Positions 35,190 through 44,425 are shown, counted from the first letter of the stretch. The stretch is 64,000 nt of DNA from an uncultured Zetaproteobacteria bacterium (GCA_964628185.1 CAZVLQ010000003.1:299-64298); one strand, 5' to 3'. The notes: a model not told the origin generated them from the letters alone. Numbers and translations: made by a program.

Positions 35190-36635
35190 TTATCCCACTG
35201 CGCCTTCGAGGCTGACCGAAAGCAGCTTTCCGGCCTCAACGGCGAACTCCATCGGTAATTCCTGGAACACGTCCCTGCAAAATCCGTTGACGATCATGCT
35301 GACCGCATCCTCTTCCTTCACGCCGCGTTGCATGCAGTAGAAAAGCTGGTCATCGCCGATTTTTGAGGTCGTGGCCTCATGCTCCACCTGCGCGGTCGGG
35401 TTTTTGACCTCGATATAGGGAAAGGTGTGCGCACCGCAGGTCTTGCCAAGCAGCAGCGAATCGCACTGCGAATAGTTGCGCGCGCCCTCGGCCCCCTTCA
35501 ACACCTTCACCAGGCCCCGGTAAGACTGCTGACCGTGACCGGCTGCTATGCCCTTGGAAATGATCGTGCTTTTCGTATTCTTGCCGATATGCACCATTTT
35601 GGTGCCGGTATCCGCCTGCTGGTAATTGTTGGTCAGCGCCACCGAATAAAACTCACCGATGGAATCATCGCCCGTCAGCACGCAGCCCGGATACTTCCAG
35701 GTGATGGCGCTGCCTGTTTCCACCTGCGTCCATGAAATTCTGGAGCGCGCCCCGCGGCATTCTCCACGCTTGGTGACAAAATTGTAAATACCGCCGACGC
35801 CGTTTTCATCGCCCGGATACCAGTTTTGCACCGTGGAGTATTTGATTTGCGCGCCCTCAAGCGCGATGAGTTCAACAACGGCGGCATGCAACTGATTTTC
35901 ATCGCGCATCGGCGCCGTGCAACCCTCCAGATAGCTTACGTAGGCGCCCTCATCGGCGATGATGAGCGTGCGCTCAAACTGGCCGGTATTGGAAGCGTTG
36001 ATACGGAAATAGGTGGAAAGCTCCATCGGGCAGCGCACGCCTTTGGGCACATACACAAAGGAACCGTCGGTAAATACGGCTGAATTCAGCGTGGCGAAAA
36101 AATTATCCGTGGGCGGCACCACGCTGCCCATATAGCGGCGCACCAGCTCGGGGTGCCGCTCGACCGCTTCCGACATCGGGCAGAAGATGACACCGGCTTC
36201 GGCCAGTTTTTCCTTGAATGTCGTGGCCACTGAAACCGAGTCGAATACGGCATCCACGGCCACGCCCGCCAGCATTTCCTGCTCGTGCAAAGGGATGCCA
36301 AGCTTTTTATAGGTCTCCAGCAACTTGGGATCCACCTCATCCAGACTTTTCAGCCCGTCATCCTTTGACCTTGGGGCGGAATAATAGGAAATAGCCTGAT
36401 AATCAACCGGGCCGTAGTGGACATGCGCCCATTTTGGCTCGTGCATGGTCAGCCAGTGGCGATAGGCAGCCAGACGCCATTGAAGCATCCATTCCGGCTC
36501 GCCCTTCCTGGCCGAAATCAGACGAATAATGTCCTCGCTTAAGCCCGGTGGCGCCGTGTCCGCCTCGATATCCGTGACGAATCCGGCCTGATATTCCTGC
36601 CTGACCAGGGCCTCAACCTGTGTGTTTTTTGGCAT
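35190..36635 (-). CDS. sufB: Fe-S cluster assembly scaffold SufB
   Basis: 481 aa. Motifs ...[11 protein letters not shown]... and CDSLLLG...HTFPYIEV..., with the conserved FAVEAGKLL tail. Confidence 0.96.
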   Translation of the reverse strand: MPKNTQVEALVRQEYQAGFVTDIEADTAPPGLSEDIIRLISARKGEPEWMLQWRLAAYRHWLTMHEPKWAHVHYGPVDYQAISYYSAPRSKDDGLKSLDEVDPKLLETYKKLGIPLHEQEMLAGVAVDAVFDSVSVATTFKEKLAEAGVIFCPMSEAVERHPELVRRYMGSVVPPTDNFFATLNSAVFTDGSFVYVPKGVRCPMELSTYFRINASNTGQFERTLIIADEGAYVSYLEGCTAPMRDENQLHAAVVELIALEGAQIKYSTVQNWYPGDENGVGGIYNFVTKRGECRGARSRISWTQVETGSAITWKYPGCVLTGDDSIGEFYSVALTNNYQQADTGTKMVHIGKNTKSTIISKGIAAGHGQQSYRGLVKVLKGAEGARNYSQCDSLLLGKTCGAHTFPYIEVKNPTAQVEHEATTSKIGDDQLFYCMQRGVKEEDAVSMIVNGFCRDVFQELPMEFAVEAGKLLSVSLEGAVG

Positions 36636-36648
36636 GTTCAGCCTGACC

Positions 36649-37110
36649 TCAATTCCTTTCCTCAGCGATACGGCCGCTCTTTTTTTCCACGTGAAGCACG
36701 GGCATGAATCCGGATTGCAACATATCCGCCAGACTGATCTCGTCCAGAGCCCGCTGCACCGCCCGGTTGATTAACTTCCAGTTGGCACGTGTCGTGCAAT
36801 GAGCTTCCTGCTCGCAACTTCCCGGTTCCAGGTTGCATTCGGTGATGGCAATGGGGCCCTCCAGGCCCGCGATGATATCCCGAACGGATATATCCGCCGG
36901 CCTTCTGGCCAGACGATACCCGCCACCCGCGCCGCGGACGGACTCCAGCAGGCCGTCGTGCAGCAAAATTTGCAGAATCTTGCTCACGGTCGGCTGCGGC
37001 AGGTGAACCCGGGCCGCCAGATCGGTGGCATTGTGCACCCTGCCCTCCTCTCCGGCGAGCTGGGCCATCAGCAAAACGCCATAATCGGTCAATCGTGTAA
37101 TTCGAAACAT
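36649..37110 (-). CDS. Rrf2-family transcriptional regulator (IscR/SufR-like) heading the suf operon
   Basis: [15 protein letters not shown]... winged HTH, with a Cys-containing region ([17 protein letters not shown]). ATG at 37110; the ORF opens at 37164. Confidence 0.85.
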   Translation of the reverse strand: MFRITRLTDYGVLLMAQLAGEEGRVHNATDLAARVHLPQPTVSKILQILLHDGLLESVRGAGGGYRLARRPADISVRDIIAGLEGPIAITECNLEPGSCEQEAHCTTRANWKLINRAVQRALDEISLADMLQSGFMPVLHVEKKSGRIAEERN

Positions 37111-37277
37111 GTCACCACTCTCATTAAGTAGGACCATTCTAGTATTATATAGGCATTTGGGCAATAATTTTTAGCCCTTACTGTTAGATGGTTATTCATC
37201 CCGGACTATTAATGACGTCAACCGATTTGCACTTCATGCGTTGTATTGGGTATGTTCTGCAACAAGGAGGCAAAATC

Positions 37278-37796
37278 ATGAACATAAAATACACGGCAAT
37301 GATCATCACGGGACTCGGTCTGGGCATTGTACCCGCCATCACTCATGCGGAAGATGCCAACGCTGGAGATCGTATCGAACGTCATCTGGACGCACAGGGC
37401 AATCGTATCAATTCACACCTGGACCGGAAAGGTGAACGCATTGACAGGCACTTTGACCGACTGGCCGACAGGGCCAGGACACACGGGCACGACGCCCTGG
37501 CCGAAAGACTGGATCGGAAGGGCGATCGTATTGAGCATCGCCTGGACGTGACGGGCGACCGCATAAACCGGCGACTGGATCGCAGGGGTGAACAGATTGA
37601 GCGGCGTTTTGAGCACAGGCGGGAACATGCCGCTGGCCGGGAAGACGCGTCCGGCAGACAACATGTCAACCGCAGGGTGGAAAGGGCCGGACATCACGCA
37701 CGTCGCACAGCCCGCATCACCAGGCGTCAGGCCCTCCGTCATATGAGACATGCAGTGTATCGGCTTCACCACCGGGTGCGCCGTGCCAGGCGCTGA
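37278..37796 (+). CDS. Secreted repeat protein, His/Arg/Asp-rich, seven 11-residue repeats
   Basis: AAGGAGG RBS and a signal peptide MNIKYTAMIITGLGLGIVPAITHA. Repeats have the form G-[DNE]-R-I-x-x-[HR]-[LF]-D-x-x. The C-terminal tail is very basic. Confidence 0.7.
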   Translation: MNIKYTAMIITGLGLGIVPAITHAEDANAGDRIERHLDAQGNRINSHLDRKGERIDRHFDRLADRARTHGHDALAERLDRKGDRIEHRLDVTGDRINRRLDRRGEQIERRFEHRREHAAGREDASGRQHVNRRVERAGHHARRTARITRRQALRHMRHAVYRLHHRVRRARR

Positions 37797-37833
37797 CAAA
37801 TCCGACTGAACGGCTGGTATCCGTGCAGCGCCC

Positions 37834-38379
37834 GTGACCACACCGGAAGCTCAGAAGGCCATGCATGGCTTCCTGGCCGATGTGGAAAAACGGGCACTGC
37901 GCATGGCGGAAATGGCGACCGGGAATCGGGATGATGCAATGGATCTGGTGCAGGATGCCATGCTGGGAATGGTGAGGCGTTATATGCATCACCGTCAGGA
38001 TGACTGGGCGCCACTGTTTCACCGTATTCTGCAAAACGGCATCAGGGACTGGTATCGGCGGGAATCAATACGGCGGAAATGGCGCCACTGGTTTCCCGAG
38101 CGTAACGATACGGATCAAAACGGGATGGAAGCGATTCCCGATCCGAATGCCGTGGAACCATCCAGACACCTCGCCCGGTCACAATCAGGAAAGGCTTTTC
38201 TGGCGGCACTGACCGCATTGCCCATGCGCCAGCAGCAAGCGTTCATGCTGCGTGTGTGGGAAGGGCTGGATGTCGCGGCAACCGCCAGAGCCATGTCTTG
38301 CTCCCGGGGCAGCGTGAAAACCCATTACTTCCGCGCCGTACGCCGTTTGAGAGAAAGACTGGAGGACTACTGGCCATGA
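37834..38379 (+). CDS. ECF-type RNA polymerase sigma factor
   Basis: 181 aa with a GTG start. Region 2 (DAMDLVQDAMLGMVRRY) and region 4 HTH (LDVAATARAMSCSRGSVKTHYFRAVRRLRE). Confidence 0.88.
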   Translation: MTTPEAQKAMHGFLADVEKRALRMAEMATGNRDDAMDLVQDAMLGMVRRYMHHRQDDWAPLFHRILQNGIRDWYRRESIRRKWRHWFPERNDTDQNGMEAIPDPNAVEPSRHLARSQSGKAFLAALTALPMRQQQAFMLRVWEGLDVAATARAMSCSRGSVKTHYFRAVRRLRERLEDYWP

Positions 38380-38732
38380 ACAGCAACTTACAACACGATA
38401 GTGACGACAATTTCCTTGAGTTCGCCAGAAATACGCTGGAGCAAAGCCTTCTGGACATGGATGCAGCCACAAGCCTGCGCCTTGCGCGAGCCCGCGCCAG
38501 GGCGCTTACCGGCAAGCGGGGCCGGAATATGAGATGGCTGCCAGCCGGCATCGCCGTCACCATAACGGCCGCGACGGCTGGATTGATCATGATGCTGCAT
38601 CCGGGACCGGCTGGCGTATTCCAGCCTCCCGAGCCGGATGATATGGAACTGCTGTCATCGGATGTTGACCTGGAGACACTGAGTGACATGGATTTTTACA
38701 CATGGCTGGAAAAAGAACGCAATGCGGGTTAG
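38376..38732 (+). CDS. Single-pass membrane protein, DUF3619-like, candidate anti-sigma factor
   Basis: ATGA overlap with the sigma-factor stop. N-terminal LDAATSLRLARARARAL pattern and a central TM (WLPAGIAVTITAATAGLIMML). Confidence 0.6.
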   Translation: MNSNLQHDSDDNFLEFARNTLEQSLLDMDAATSLRLARARARALTGKRGRNMRWLPAGIAVTITAATAGLIMMLHPGPAGVFQPPEPDDMELLSSDVDLETLSDMDFYTWLEKERNAG

Positions 38733-38928
38733 CTGGCTGGCCCTTCTGCTGGTGTTGCAGCTATCCGCCGCCTATGCGGAGGAGTCGAATGCGCCACCCG
38801 ATGCTGATCTGCTTGAGTTTCTCGGTGAATGGGAAACCGCGGACGGCGACTGGTTTGACCCTCTGCCGGATACAACGGAAATACAACCGGTTCATCAGGA
38901 CAAGGAGAAGCAAAATGATGATACCTAA
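38722..38928 (+). CDS. Small secreted acidic protein (68 aa)
   Basis: Signal peptide MRVSWLALLLVLQLSAAYA. Overlaps the neighbouring genes on both sides (by 11 and 14 nt). Confidence 0.5.
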   Translation: MRVSWLALLLVLQLSAAYAEESNAPPDADLLEFLGEWETADGDWFDPLPDTTEIQPVHQDKEKQNDDT

Positions 38929-39451
38929 TATCCGAACAGTCACATGCGCCTGTCTGCTTGCCATCATGCCGATAGCGCCGGCATGGGCGGCAAGCGAGGC
39001 ATTGCCATGGGACTCATTAAGCCCGCAGGAACAACAAACTCTCAAGCGCTTTCACAATCGCTGGGAGAAGTTACCGCCGGAGCGGCAACATCGCCTGCAG
39101 AAGGGCGCCGACCGCTGGTCAAAATTAACGCCCGGGCAGCGCCGGCGGGTACGCCGGAAATTCAGGCGCTGGAAAAAATTACCGCCAGAGCAGCGTCAAG
39201 CCATCCGTGAGCGTTTTTATCGCTTTCGTCAACTGCCGCCGGAACAGCGCCGGCGCATCATTCAGCGGCGTCAGTGGTTCAAGCGCCTGCCACCCCAAAA
39301 GCAGCATTTGCTGAAGCAACGCTGGCGCCGCCTGTCACCGGAACGGCACCGTCAGTTGCGACGGCAGTTCAGGCACAGACCCGTGGAACCACATCGGCAT
39401 ATTCAGCGGGGGCGGCGACCAGGGCATGGCAGAGCGGCAGGCCGCCGCTAA
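38915..39451 (+). CDS. DUF3106-like secreted protein with LPPEQR repeats
   Basis: AAGGAGAAG RBS and a signal peptide. Repeated W.KLPPE(R/Q)(Q/R)...R motifs, highly basic. Confidence 0.7.
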   Translation: MMIPNIRTVTCACLLAIMPIAPAWAASEALPWDSLSPQEQQTLKRFHNRWEKLPPERQHRLQKGADRWSKLTPGQRRRVRRKFRRWKKLPPEQRQAIRERFYRFRQLPPEQRRRIIQRRQWFKRLPPQKQHLLKQRWRRLSPERHRQLRRQFRHRPVEPHRHIQRGRRPGHGRAAGRR

Positions 39452-39504
39452 CGACCATGACGCAAGAGCTACTTGCAAGAATCATGTGCCGGAAAGGGGG
39501 AAGT

Positions 39505-39581
39505 TGGTGCGCCCTAGTGGATTCGAACCACTGGCCTGCAGCTTCGGAGGCTGCCACTCTATCCAGCTGAGCTAAGGGCGC
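39505..39581 (-). tRNA. tRNA-Arg (anticodon CCG), CCA encoded
   Basis: The reverse complement GCGCCCTTAGCTCAGCTGGATAGAGTGGCAGCCTCCGAAGCTGCAGGCCAGTGGTTCGAATCCACTAGGGCGCACCA folds as a cloverleaf. It has a 7-bp acceptor stem, anticodon loop CUCCGAA and a GGTTCGAATCC T-arm. Confidence 0.93.
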
Positions 39582-39689
39582 ATATTTGATAAGCATCCAC
39601 CCGTTTCAAAAAGCATGGTACGGTCATTGTGGCCGGGACCGCCACATAATCCTGCCGGGCCGCGCATCATAAGCCCGCGCGCATCAGGG

Positions 39690-42600
39690 TCAAGCGGCCT
39701 GATGCTCCATATTCTCCAGATCCACGCCAACGATGCGCGACACGCCGGCCTCCGGCATGGACACCCCGATAATACGGTTCGCCATCTGCATACTGACCTT
39801 GTTGTGGGTAATGTTCAGAAACTGTACTTCCCTGGCAAATTCTTCAACCATCTCGCCAAAACGGCTGACATTGGCATCATCCAGCGGCGCATCCACCTCA
39901 TCCAGAACGCAAAATGGCGCGGGCTTGATACGGAAAATCGAAAACACCAGTGCCACGGCGGTTAATGCCTTCTCGCCGCCCGAGAGTAACTCAAGATCCT
40001 GGAGGCGTTTCCCTGGCGGTTGCGCGATCACTTCCACGCCGGCCGTGAGCAGATCATCCGTATCCAGCCGCAGTTCCGCCCTGCCGCCGCCGAACAGACG
40101 GGGAAATGTCTGCCTGAAATAGGCATTAACCTGCTCGAAGGTTTCCCTGAACCGCTGACGCGTGGTTCGGTCGATGCGCACAACGGTATCCGCCAGCGTG
40201 CTCAGGCTCGCCTCCAGGTCCGCCGCCTGCTCCGCCAGAAAATGTTCGCGCTCCGATGCCTGCTCATATTCCTCGATAGCCAGCAGGTTGACAGGCCCGA
40301 AGCGATCCAGACGCGCTTCAAGTTCAGATGCCCTGTTCAGGATGGCGGCCTCATCCAGCACTTCGTCCCGTTCTTCCAGTTCCTGCATCAGGGCATCCGT
40401 TGGTTGTCCGCATCGTTGCACGATTTCGTCTTCCAGATCCTGCAGACGGGCCGTGCTGGCAGCCAGCGCCACCTCGCCCTGCTGCCTGCGATCCGATATT
40501 TCCTGCAATCCGGTTCGGACCTGACGCTCCTTCTTCTCCGCCTCATAGGCGGCTTGCTGCAATTCATGCCCGTGCTGTCGAATTCGGTTCAGTTCCTGAT
40601 GTAGCTGCTCGACCAGCCCGGAAGCCTGCTGCAGGGCCTGATCCATCTCCGACTGCCGCTCCGCCCGCCGAATATCCTCCGCGAGTGCCTCCAGCGCCGC
40701 CATGTCCTGTTCGTTTTGCTGTGTCAGACGCCGGATTTCATCCACCAGGCGCTGTTTTTCACGCCTGAGATTTTCACTGGCCTGCCGGTGCAGGGCCAGC
40801 GTTTGTTCGGCTGCCGCTCGCCTGTTTTTGATCTGCTCAAGATGCCGGCTGGCTCCAGCCTCGGCGGCATTCCGCTCATCCAGCGCCTTTTGCGCGCCGG
40901 CAAGCCTCTCTATATCCGGTTCGTCAGTACCGGACAGATGGGAAGATAATCGCCCGTGCTCCTGTGCCAGCTCGGTGATCTCGGCCTGCAATCGTTCCAA
41001 CCGCGATGCCAGGGCGTCCGACTCTACCGCCAGCCTTTGCACTTCGGCATGTTTCGCCCGGGTTTCGCTTTGCGCTTCGGTCAGGGCAAGGTGAAGCTGC
41101 TGCCAGTTCTGTTGCCTGTCTTCAAGCGACGCCTCGATCTCCCTGAACCGTTTTTCACGGGATTGTAGCCGTTCTTCTGCCTCAAGCAGCGCATGCCGTC
41201 GCTGATGCAGTTCACGCTGGAACTGAAACCGCCTTGCACTTGCCTTGCCCGCCGGAGGAATCAGCCAGCCGCTGGCTTCCAGGCGCCAGCCGTCGCGGCT
41301 GACCGCCGCCGTGGCCCGTGGCTCGGCGGCCAGGACGGCCGGTGCATCCACAATGCTGTCCACCATTAATACGGAGGCGAATATCGTATGCAGCGGGTGG
41401 CTTTGATCCAGCCCCATGGCTACCGCCAGGTTGTTCCCGACCGGCGATCCGCCCACACCGGCATGGAATGCGACCGGCATCTGCTCTGATTGCTGGATCG
41501 TTTCGGCCAGTTCGGCAAGACCGGGATTGGCGGGCAGTTGTGCATCCGCTACCTGCCCGCGCAAGGCTGCGGCGGCGGCCATTTCCAGCCCTTCCGGCGC
41601 CTGCAGCGCCTCATCCACCCAGATAGCACCCGCCTGACGTAATGCATCCCGCAAGGTACCGGGAATATCCTGGCTGGATAACCGGCCCGTCAGTTCTTCG
41701 ATTTCCCCCTGCAAGCGGTGCACTTCGCCGGACTGATGCCTGAACTGCGCATCGGCTTCGCCGCGCTGCTGTCGCAACGTATCCAGCTGCATCCGGGCGG
41801 AATGCAGATCGGCCTCACCCGTGTGCTGCCGCCGTTCATGTACCAGAACCGATGCCCTGGCCTGCTCCAGCGCTGTATTGACCTGTTCGAGCTGGGCGTG
41901 AAGATCTTCCTGCCGCCCCTTTAAAAGGGTCTTGCGGTCCCGCAGGCGACCAAGCGCGTCCGCCGCCTGTTCGCGCCGCCGTTCGGCACCCTGATGACGC
42001 CCGCGTATGCGTTCGAACTCCGCCAGCATTTCATCCCGCAAGCGACGCTGTGCCTCATGTTCCTCGCGGGCTGATTCCTCTTCCGATTTCACCACTTCCA
42101 GCGCCTGTTGCAGGATATCATCATCCTGCCCGGCGATCCGCGCTTCAACGCCGTTCAGCTCTTTTTGCAGATGCGCCCGGCGGCTGTCTGCTTCGGATGC
42201 CCTGTGTTCCAGTACCTGCCTGCGTTCCGCCAGCAGTCGGCGCTCCCCGGCCAGTCGCTCGGCCTGCTGTTGTAATCCCGACCGTCTCCGCTCCGCCTCG
42301 CGCAGCGCATCCTGCGCGCCTTGCGCCTCCTCCTCGTATCGCAGCAAACGCTGTCGCGCTTCCGCCAGCTCGCGCTCGGCCTGCGCATGCCCGCGGGCGG
42401 CTTTCGCCTCCTCATCCATTATCTGTTTCAGGGATTGTTCTTCCCCCCGGCATGCCTCACGGCGCTGACGATACGTGATCGCCATGGAAAGCGCCCGGGT
42501 CCGCTGCCATTCATCCTGTAATGTCTTGAAACGCCCGGCGCGTGATGCCTGCTGCTTCAGGCTGCGGCACTGGCTGCGCACTTCTTCCAGAAGATCCATG

Positions 42601-43181
42601 ATGCGCTCAAGATTCTGGCGCGTGGCTTTCATTTTCAGCTCGGCCTCGTGCCTGCGGCTGCGGTATTTCATCACGCCCGCGGCTTCTTCCAGGATCAGGC
42701 GGCGATCTTCCGGTTTGGCCGAAATCATGCGGGTAATGGCGCCCTGCTCGATAATGGCATAGGCGCGGGAGGAAAGCCCGGTGTCCAGAAACAGGTCCAC
42801 CACATCCTTGATGCGTACCATATGACCATTGATAAAGGCGTCGGAGCCACCTTCGCGGGTCAGCCTGCGGCGGATACGGATTTCAGCCATGTCGTGGTAA
42901 GGGCTGGAAAGCGTTCCCGGTTCGACGGCAAAGGTAAGTTCAACATCGCAGATACCGACCGGAGGGCGCGTTTCCGAGCCCTGGAAAATCAGGTCATCCA
43001 TCACGCCGCCCCTGAGGTGTCTGGCGGAATGCTCGCCCAGCACCCAGCGAATGGCATCGACGATATTGGATTTTCCCGAACCGTTTGGCCCGACAATCGC
43101 CGTGATGCCATCTCCAAGCTCGATCCTGACGGGATCGACGAACGACTTGAAGCCGGCCAGTTCGATATGTTTCAGGCGCAT
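39690..43181 (-). CDS. smc: Chromosome partition protein SMC
   Basis: About 1163 aa. N-terminal MRLKHIELAGFKSF...GPNGSGKSN, long coiled coils, a hinge, and C-terminal LSGGEKALTA and FCVLDEVDAPLD. The ORF opens at 43238. Confidence 0.95.
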   Translation of the reverse strand: MRLKHIELAGFKSFVDPVRIELGDGITAIVGPNGSGKSNIVDAIRWVLGEHSARHLRGGVMDDLIFQGSETRPPVGICDVELTFAVEPGTLSSPYHDMAEIRIRRRLTREGGSDAFINGHMVRIKDVVDLFLDTGLSSRAYAIIEQGAITRMISAKPEDRRLILEEAAGVMKYRSRRHEAELKMKATRQNLERIMDLLEEVRSQCRSLKQQASRAGRFKTLQDEWQRTRALSMAITYRQRREACRGEEQSLKQIMDEEAKAARGHAQAERELAEARQRLLRYEEEAQGAQDALREAERRRSGLQQQAERLAGERRLLAERRQVLEHRASEADSRRAHLQKELNGVEARIAGQDDDILQQALEVVKSEEESAREEHEAQRRLRDEMLAEFERIRGRHQGAERRREQAADALGRLRDRKTLLKGRQEDLHAQLEQVNTALEQARASVLVHERRQHTGEADLHSARMQLDTLRQQRGEADAQFRHQSGEVHRLQGEIEELTGRLSSQDIPGTLRDALRQAGAIWVDEALQAPEGLEMAAAAALRGQVADAQLPANPGLAELAETIQQSEQMPVAFHAGVGGSPVGNNLAVAMGLDQSHPLHTIFASVLMVDSIVDAPAVLAAEPRATAAVSRDGWRLEASGWLIPPAGKASARRFQFQRELHQRRHALLEAEERLQSREKRFREIEASLEDRQQNWQQLHLALTEAQSETRAKHAEVQRLAVESDALASRLERLQAEITELAQEHGRLSSHLSGTDEPDIERLAGAQKALDERNAAEAGASRHLEQIKNRRAAAEQTLALHRQASENLRREKQRLVDEIRRLTQQNEQDMAALEALAEDIRRAERQSEMDQALQQASGLVEQLHQELNRIRQHGHELQQAAYEAEKKERQVRTGLQEISDRRQQGEVALAASTARLQDLEDEIVQRCGQPTDALMQELEERDEVLDEAAILNRASELEARLDRFGPVNLLAIEEYEQASEREHFLAEQAADLEASLSTLADTVVRIDRTTRQRFRETFEQVNAYFRQTFPRLFGGGRAELRLDTDDLLTAGVEVIAQPPGKRLQDLELLSGGEKALTAVALVFSIFRIKPAPFCVLDEVDAPLDDANVSRFGEMVEEFAREVQFLNITHNKVSMQMANRIIGVSMPEAGVSRIVGVDLENMEHQAA

Positions 43182-43209
43182 AATTTCCCTTTGCCAAAAT
43201 GATGCATCA

Positions 43210-44115
43210 TCAGGAAGCCAACCCTGCCCTTTGCACACAAGTCACGCCACAGCAAGCCGCCCGGTGGTCATATGCAAGGCGAGCTCTCGCGGCAAGGGTT
43301 GTTCCCTTGCGAGAGAGCGCAACGCAGCAGATGGCCGTCGGGCGGCTCGCCCGAAGGGAACCCTTGCACACGGACCATACCGGCGTTGCGGCGCTTGCCA
43401 ATGGAACAACCATTATCTGCGCACCGCGCCTTGGTCTGACCCGTGTGCAAGGGTTCTGTGACATGACTTGTGTGTAAAGGGCAGGGTTAGCCATACAGGC
43501 AGTGAAGCTTGATGCCACAATCATGTACAACACCACCAATTGTGCACTGGCAGCGGCAAGCGGCGTTGCCCCGGCCAGCACCATGCCCACGAATATGCCC
43601 GGCATGTGCACCAGCCCCGCCACCCGTAGCATATCCACCGGCGGAATCATCGCGGCGCCCAGGCCCTGACCCACCGTGCACGAATCATTCATGCGGTTAA
43701 ACATCAGGGAAATGGCATTCATGCCGTTGGCCGCAATCATGCTGCCCAGGGGAATCAGTGTGCGGGTATTATCCACCACCGAGCCGGTCATCGCCAGCCA
43801 GGGCAGGGTGACGGCGCAGGCGCAAGCCAGGCCGACACTGGCGGCCAGCCAGGCATGGGCACGTTCGGGATGATGCGAGGCCGAGGTGCGCGCGGCGAGG
43901 ATGCAGAAGGCAAGTACGAGCAGCGCCTGCGCCCAGCGGCTCTGAATGGCGAACACATAATCGAGTATGAAAGCCAGAATCAGCAACTGCACCAACCCCC
44001 TGAGACTGGCCAGAAGCATGCCCTTGCCGAGATCAAGCTGCTCCCGCCACGCCCATGCGGCCGCGCCAAACAGCAGCAGCCATGCGGCCATCAGCGTGAT
44101 GATCGTATCGGTCAT
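43210..44115 (-). CDS. fetB: FetB/YbbM-like (UPF0014) ABC-type permease, C-terminus replaced by read-through of a MITE
   Basis: The first 208 aa align by eye with E. coli FetB (multi-TM, ...IPLGSMIAANGMN..., ...VHMPGIFVGMVLAG...). Residues 209-301 are encoded entirely by the family-C element. No fetA ATPase gene is adjacent. Confidence 0.6.
   Translation of the reverse strand: MTDTIITLMAAWLLLFGAAAWAWREQLDLGKGMLLASLRGLVQLLILAFILDYVFAIQSRWAQALLVLAFCILAARTSASHHPERAHAWLAASVGLACACAVTLPWLAMTGSVVDNTRTLIPLGSMIAANGMNAISLMFNRMNDSCTVGQGLGAAMIPPVDMLRVAGLVHMPGIFVGMVLAGATPLAAASAQLVVLYMIVASSFTACMANPALYTQVMSQNPCTRVRPRRGAQIMVVPLASAATPVWSVCKGSLRASRPTAICCVALSRKGTTLAARARLAYDHRAACCGVTCVQRAGLAS
43216..43491. mobile_element. 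MITE-like repeat family C, long copy (~276 bp)
   Basis: About 36-bp imperfect terminal inverted repeats GCCAACCCTGCCCTTTGCACACAAGTCACGCCACAG / CTGTGACATGACTTGTGTGTAAAGGGCAGGGTTAGC, with internal hairpins. Related to 47747..47914 and 11664..11711. Confidence 0.8.
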
Positions 44116-44149
44116 GAAGGATTCTAACCTGAATGTCCGGGTTGCGGGA

Positions 44150-44425
44150 TCAGCGATATACCGTATCGTGCTCGCCTATATCCAGAAGGGTGACGGTTTT
44201 CTCCGTGACCCGTAAAACCAGGGTGATGCGATAGCTGTAAGTGATGTGCACGGCATGGATACCTTTTAACGATCCCTTGAGCTGGTGCAGCTTCAGACCG
44301 GGATGAAAGGGGTCGCGCTCCAGCATGGCGAGCGCGGCGCCTGTCTGCTTCTTCAATTCGGGATGTTTCCTTGCAAACCTTTTTGCCTCCTTGATGAAAT
44401 GTGGCGTCCACGCCAGCGTGTACAT
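44150..44425 (-). CDS. RelE/ParE-superfamily toxin (type II TA)
   Basis: 92 aa from MYTLAW. Contains ...HPGLKLHQLKGSLKGIHAVHITYSYRITL.... The ATG overlaps the antitoxin stop (TGATG). Confidence 0.8.
   Translation of the reverse strand: MYTLAWTPHFIKEAKRFARKHPELKKQTGAALAMLERDPFHPGLKLHQLKGSLKGIHAVHITYSYRITLVLRVTEKTVTLLDIGEHDTVYR

Noticed and set aside
37111-37277. IscR-type operator upstream of the Rrf2 regulator
   Set aside because: AT-rich sequences are present (…TAGGACCATTCTAGTATTATATAGGCA…). I could not match either IscR site consensus convincingly without a matrix search.
39452-39689. tRNA-Arg as an integration site for a genomic island (the ECF cluster)
   Set aside because: No integrase is present, no direct repeat of the tRNA 3' end is seen nearby, and the composition of the ECF cluster looks host-like by eye.
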